The translations under genes and the position numbers were made by a program. Below the pieces are notes generated by a model. It was not told the origin of the DNA. It did not search any database and worked only from the letters and a program-made list of their open reading frames with translations. From an uncultured Hyphomicrobiales bacterium (GTDB taxonomy: Bacteria; Pseudomonadota; Alphaproteobacteria; Rhizobiales; HXMU1428-3), in contig CAXIBI010000001.1 in assembly GCA_964022305.1 (NCBI GenBank), forward strand, positions 4,208 to 68,207: 64,000 bases of DNA. The letters run 5' to 3'. Below, in pieces: positions 63,773 through 64,000 of the stretch; the first letter of the stretch is position 1, and each line of letters begins with the position of its first letter.

Positions 63773-64000
63773 TTATGCATCTTCTCGCAATTGGCGAGGG
63801 AGTTTGAATGCGACATTTTCCGTGGCTGTTGTAATGGTTGATACGTTGGCCTCGAAACGTTCTTTAAAAGATGAAATAATTTCGTCAACCAAAATTTCGG
63901 GGGCTGAGGCGCCTGCTGTTATACCAAAACTTTTGAAACCTTTAATTTGCTCCCATGGAATCTCACTAGCATTTTGCACCAGAAAGGCGAGTTTTGCTCC
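63773..64000 (-). CDS. ispH: 4-hydroxy-3-methylbut-2-enyl diphosphate reductase, C-terminal part (gene runs off the window)
   Basis: ..FGITAGASAPEILVDEIISSF.. is the IspH C-terminus. The frame stays open to position 64000. ispH-thrB-rnhA synteny supports the call. Confidence 0.85.
   Translation of the reverse strand, partial: GAKLAFLVQNASEIPWEQIKGFKSFGITAGASAPEILVDEIISSFKERFEANVSTITTATENVAFKLPRQLREDA

Noticed and set aside
1-64000. rRNA or tRNA genes, transposases, integrases, prophage or toxin-antitoxin modules
   Set aside because: I scanned intergenic regions and ORF translations for hallmark motifs (tRNA T-loop GGTTCGAAT, DDE/tyrosine recombinase signatures, small paired ORFs) and found none. 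A tRNAscan/Infernal run would be needed to exclude small RNAs definitively.

Overview
The window looks like a moderately AT-rich alphaproteobacterial chromosome segment. The taxonomic guess is an inference from gene content: a divergent fliX/flgI pair, an ispH-thrB-rnhA arrangement, zur-znuCB, and an RpoH-type promoter upstream of dnaK. Most of it is housekeeping or ordinary accessory metabolism. This includes dnaK-dnaJ, pyrF, zur-znuCB, ispG, a CoA-transferase/lyase/hydratase cluster, dmeR-dmeF, ispA, mtgA, rpmF, asd, a flagellar block (flagellin, flgI, rod-binding FlgJ-like, fliX, dksA), a DASS transporter, aqpZ, rnhA, thrB and a partial ispH. It also includes a cobalamin riboswitch in front of a TroA-type metal ABC importer.

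The most unusual content is a ~12.9-kb block (7848-20751) between pyrF and zur with no visible mobility genes. In that block, a macro-domain gene and a RimB-like/RimK fusion gene are followed by three large same-strand ORFs (649, 1216 and 835 aa) that I cannot place in any characterised family. The 1216-aa protein carries actin/Hsp70/FtsA-PilM-type nucleotide-binding signatures in the canonical order. The 835-aa protein is a polytopic membrane protein with a ~250-aa coiled coil. I consider this trio the best candidate for an undescribed system.

A second layer is a modular family of intergenic repeats, with at least 8 copies, all in + orientation. Their hairpins show compensatory substitutions, and a shorter GGTTGCCCAC-NN-GCAACC palindromic unit nests inside them. 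One copy is associated with a diverged duplicate of the ispG 3' end.

Other points:
- a homopolymer frameshift in a DUF962-like gene
- a perfect G-quadruplex motif
- a globin-MCP-PilZ multidomain sensor
- a macro domain with a degenerate catalytic loop
- a small secreted tandem-repeat peptide missing from the ORF track

I saw no rRNA, tRNA, CRISPR array, transposase or integrase. All functional calls rest on motif recognition by eye, and no searches were run.
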